A program made the translations under genes and the position numbers. The notes beneath the pieces are model-generated. The model ran no database searches, was not told the origin of the DNA, and was given only the letters and a program-made list of their open reading frames with translations. A stretch of 64,000 nt of DNA from Phoronis australis (Eukaryota > Animalia > Phoronida). Numbering within the stretch: the stretch's first letter is position 1; every line of letters starts with the position of its first letter. The stretch is from NCBI GenBank assembly GCA_002633005.1, contig NMRA01000530.1, positions 131,829 to 195,828 on the forward strand. The letters are read 5' to 3'. Shown here in pieces: positions 63,095-64,000 of this stretch.

Positions 63095-63243
63095 CATGGG
63101 CGGCGCACCTTAGGGGGCAGGGGGGCTATAGCCCCCACTTTTTTCAGTGCTATGCCGCACATGGTCTGTGGGCGATGAACCACGGGGGGCTGAGGCAGTC
63201 TTTAACCCCCCTCCCCACATTTTTCAGTCATGCGCCACCCATG
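63095..63243. mobile_element. GC-rich MITE, same family as 9505-9640
   Basis: CATGGGCGGCGCACC...TGCGCCACCCATG. Confidence 0.7.
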
Positions 63244-63744
63244 TAGTGGGCAACACTCTGAGTGTGCACGATCTTCCTGGTCGACCTACTAGGATGAGCG
63301 ATAAAAACGATGTGTTTGGAAATCCATTTACGCTGATAGAAGCCTGTTATCATTACAATGCTACTAGCAGTGTTCTCACTGTGCCTAGAAGCCAATGACA
63401 AATTGTCGCAGGTCGAAATGCTTGATAAATACATGTAAGGTTGTGTCGACAACACAATGCTCTTGTGATGAATCACATTAGTTTGTGTTAAAGGTAATTG
63501 CCAACAAGTGAGAATTGAGTTCGCAGGCAGCTGAGTATCATTGACTCTGACTCGTAATTGGACATTTTTCAAGTAACCATAAAAGAATATCTGTAACAGT
63601 GTCTTTTGAGCAAAAATTCGGAACGATATGAAATCCACAAACTTATAATCAAAATATTGGATAGATCTGTGTTGTCCTCGTGGTCCCTTCCCAAGTTGGA
63701 GTAAAGTGGGAAGGAAGAGTGTCACATTCTTCATTCTTTTCCTA

Positions 63745-63960
63745 AACGTACAGCACACATCACGAATTTTTGGCCGACCGGTCGGAAATTGGTCGACGAC
63801 CGGCCGTCGACCGGTCGTCTAGCCGACCAGCAGCCGACCAACAACGATCGGCTAGGAGCCGTCTACTGAGTCGCCTCTGTGGTCGGCACTTGGGTCGGCT
63901 AAGTGGTCGCCTAGCGTAGACGACCAATTCGGATTAAGCGTGTCCTTGGTCGGCAATTAC
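63745..63960. repeat. CG-rich CGACC/GGTCG repeat array, probably the subterminal region of a DNA transposon (Harbinger-like) running off the window
   Basis: Dense CGACC/GGTCG motifs with local palindromes (GACGACCGG..CCGGTCGTC) after ACGTACAGCACAC. Confidence 0.45.
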
Positions 63961-64000
63961 CATTTTATGACTTAACGGGTGAACTTTGGCCAAACAAACA

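Overview
Intron-rich, AT-rich eukaryotic DNA, most likely from a highly heterozygous marine invertebrate draft assembly (the taxon is an inference). I could reconstruct five spliced protein-coding genes, arranged ZF(+) / HDAC12-like(-) <> ferritin(+) / VAMP7(-) <> POLR1D(+). They are: the 3' part of a Pro/Ser-rich nuclear protein with one C2H2 finger; a class IV-related (HDAC11/HDAC12-like) deacetylase; a cytosolic ferritin carrying L-chain-like ferroxidase-site substitutions; VAMP7; and POLR1D (RPAC2). Two of the pairs are head-to-head on short, probably bidirectional promoters. Two near-identical tandem segments (36.5-38.9 kb and 45.3-52.9 kb) abut assembly gaps and look like alleles assembled side by side. 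The second pair gives filled versus empty sites for three transposon insertions: a TTAA/THAP Kolobok-like element, a perfect 106-bp palindromic MITE, and a hAT-like element. Introns also hold a small non-autonomous LTR element, LINE relics, many MITEs and a minisatellite. No unmistakably new system is visible. The best candidate is a probably ferroxidase-dead ferritin with no canonical IRE that shares a ~330-bp promoter with a possibly mitochondrial metal-dependent deacylase. All of this was read by eye, with no alignments or database searches run.
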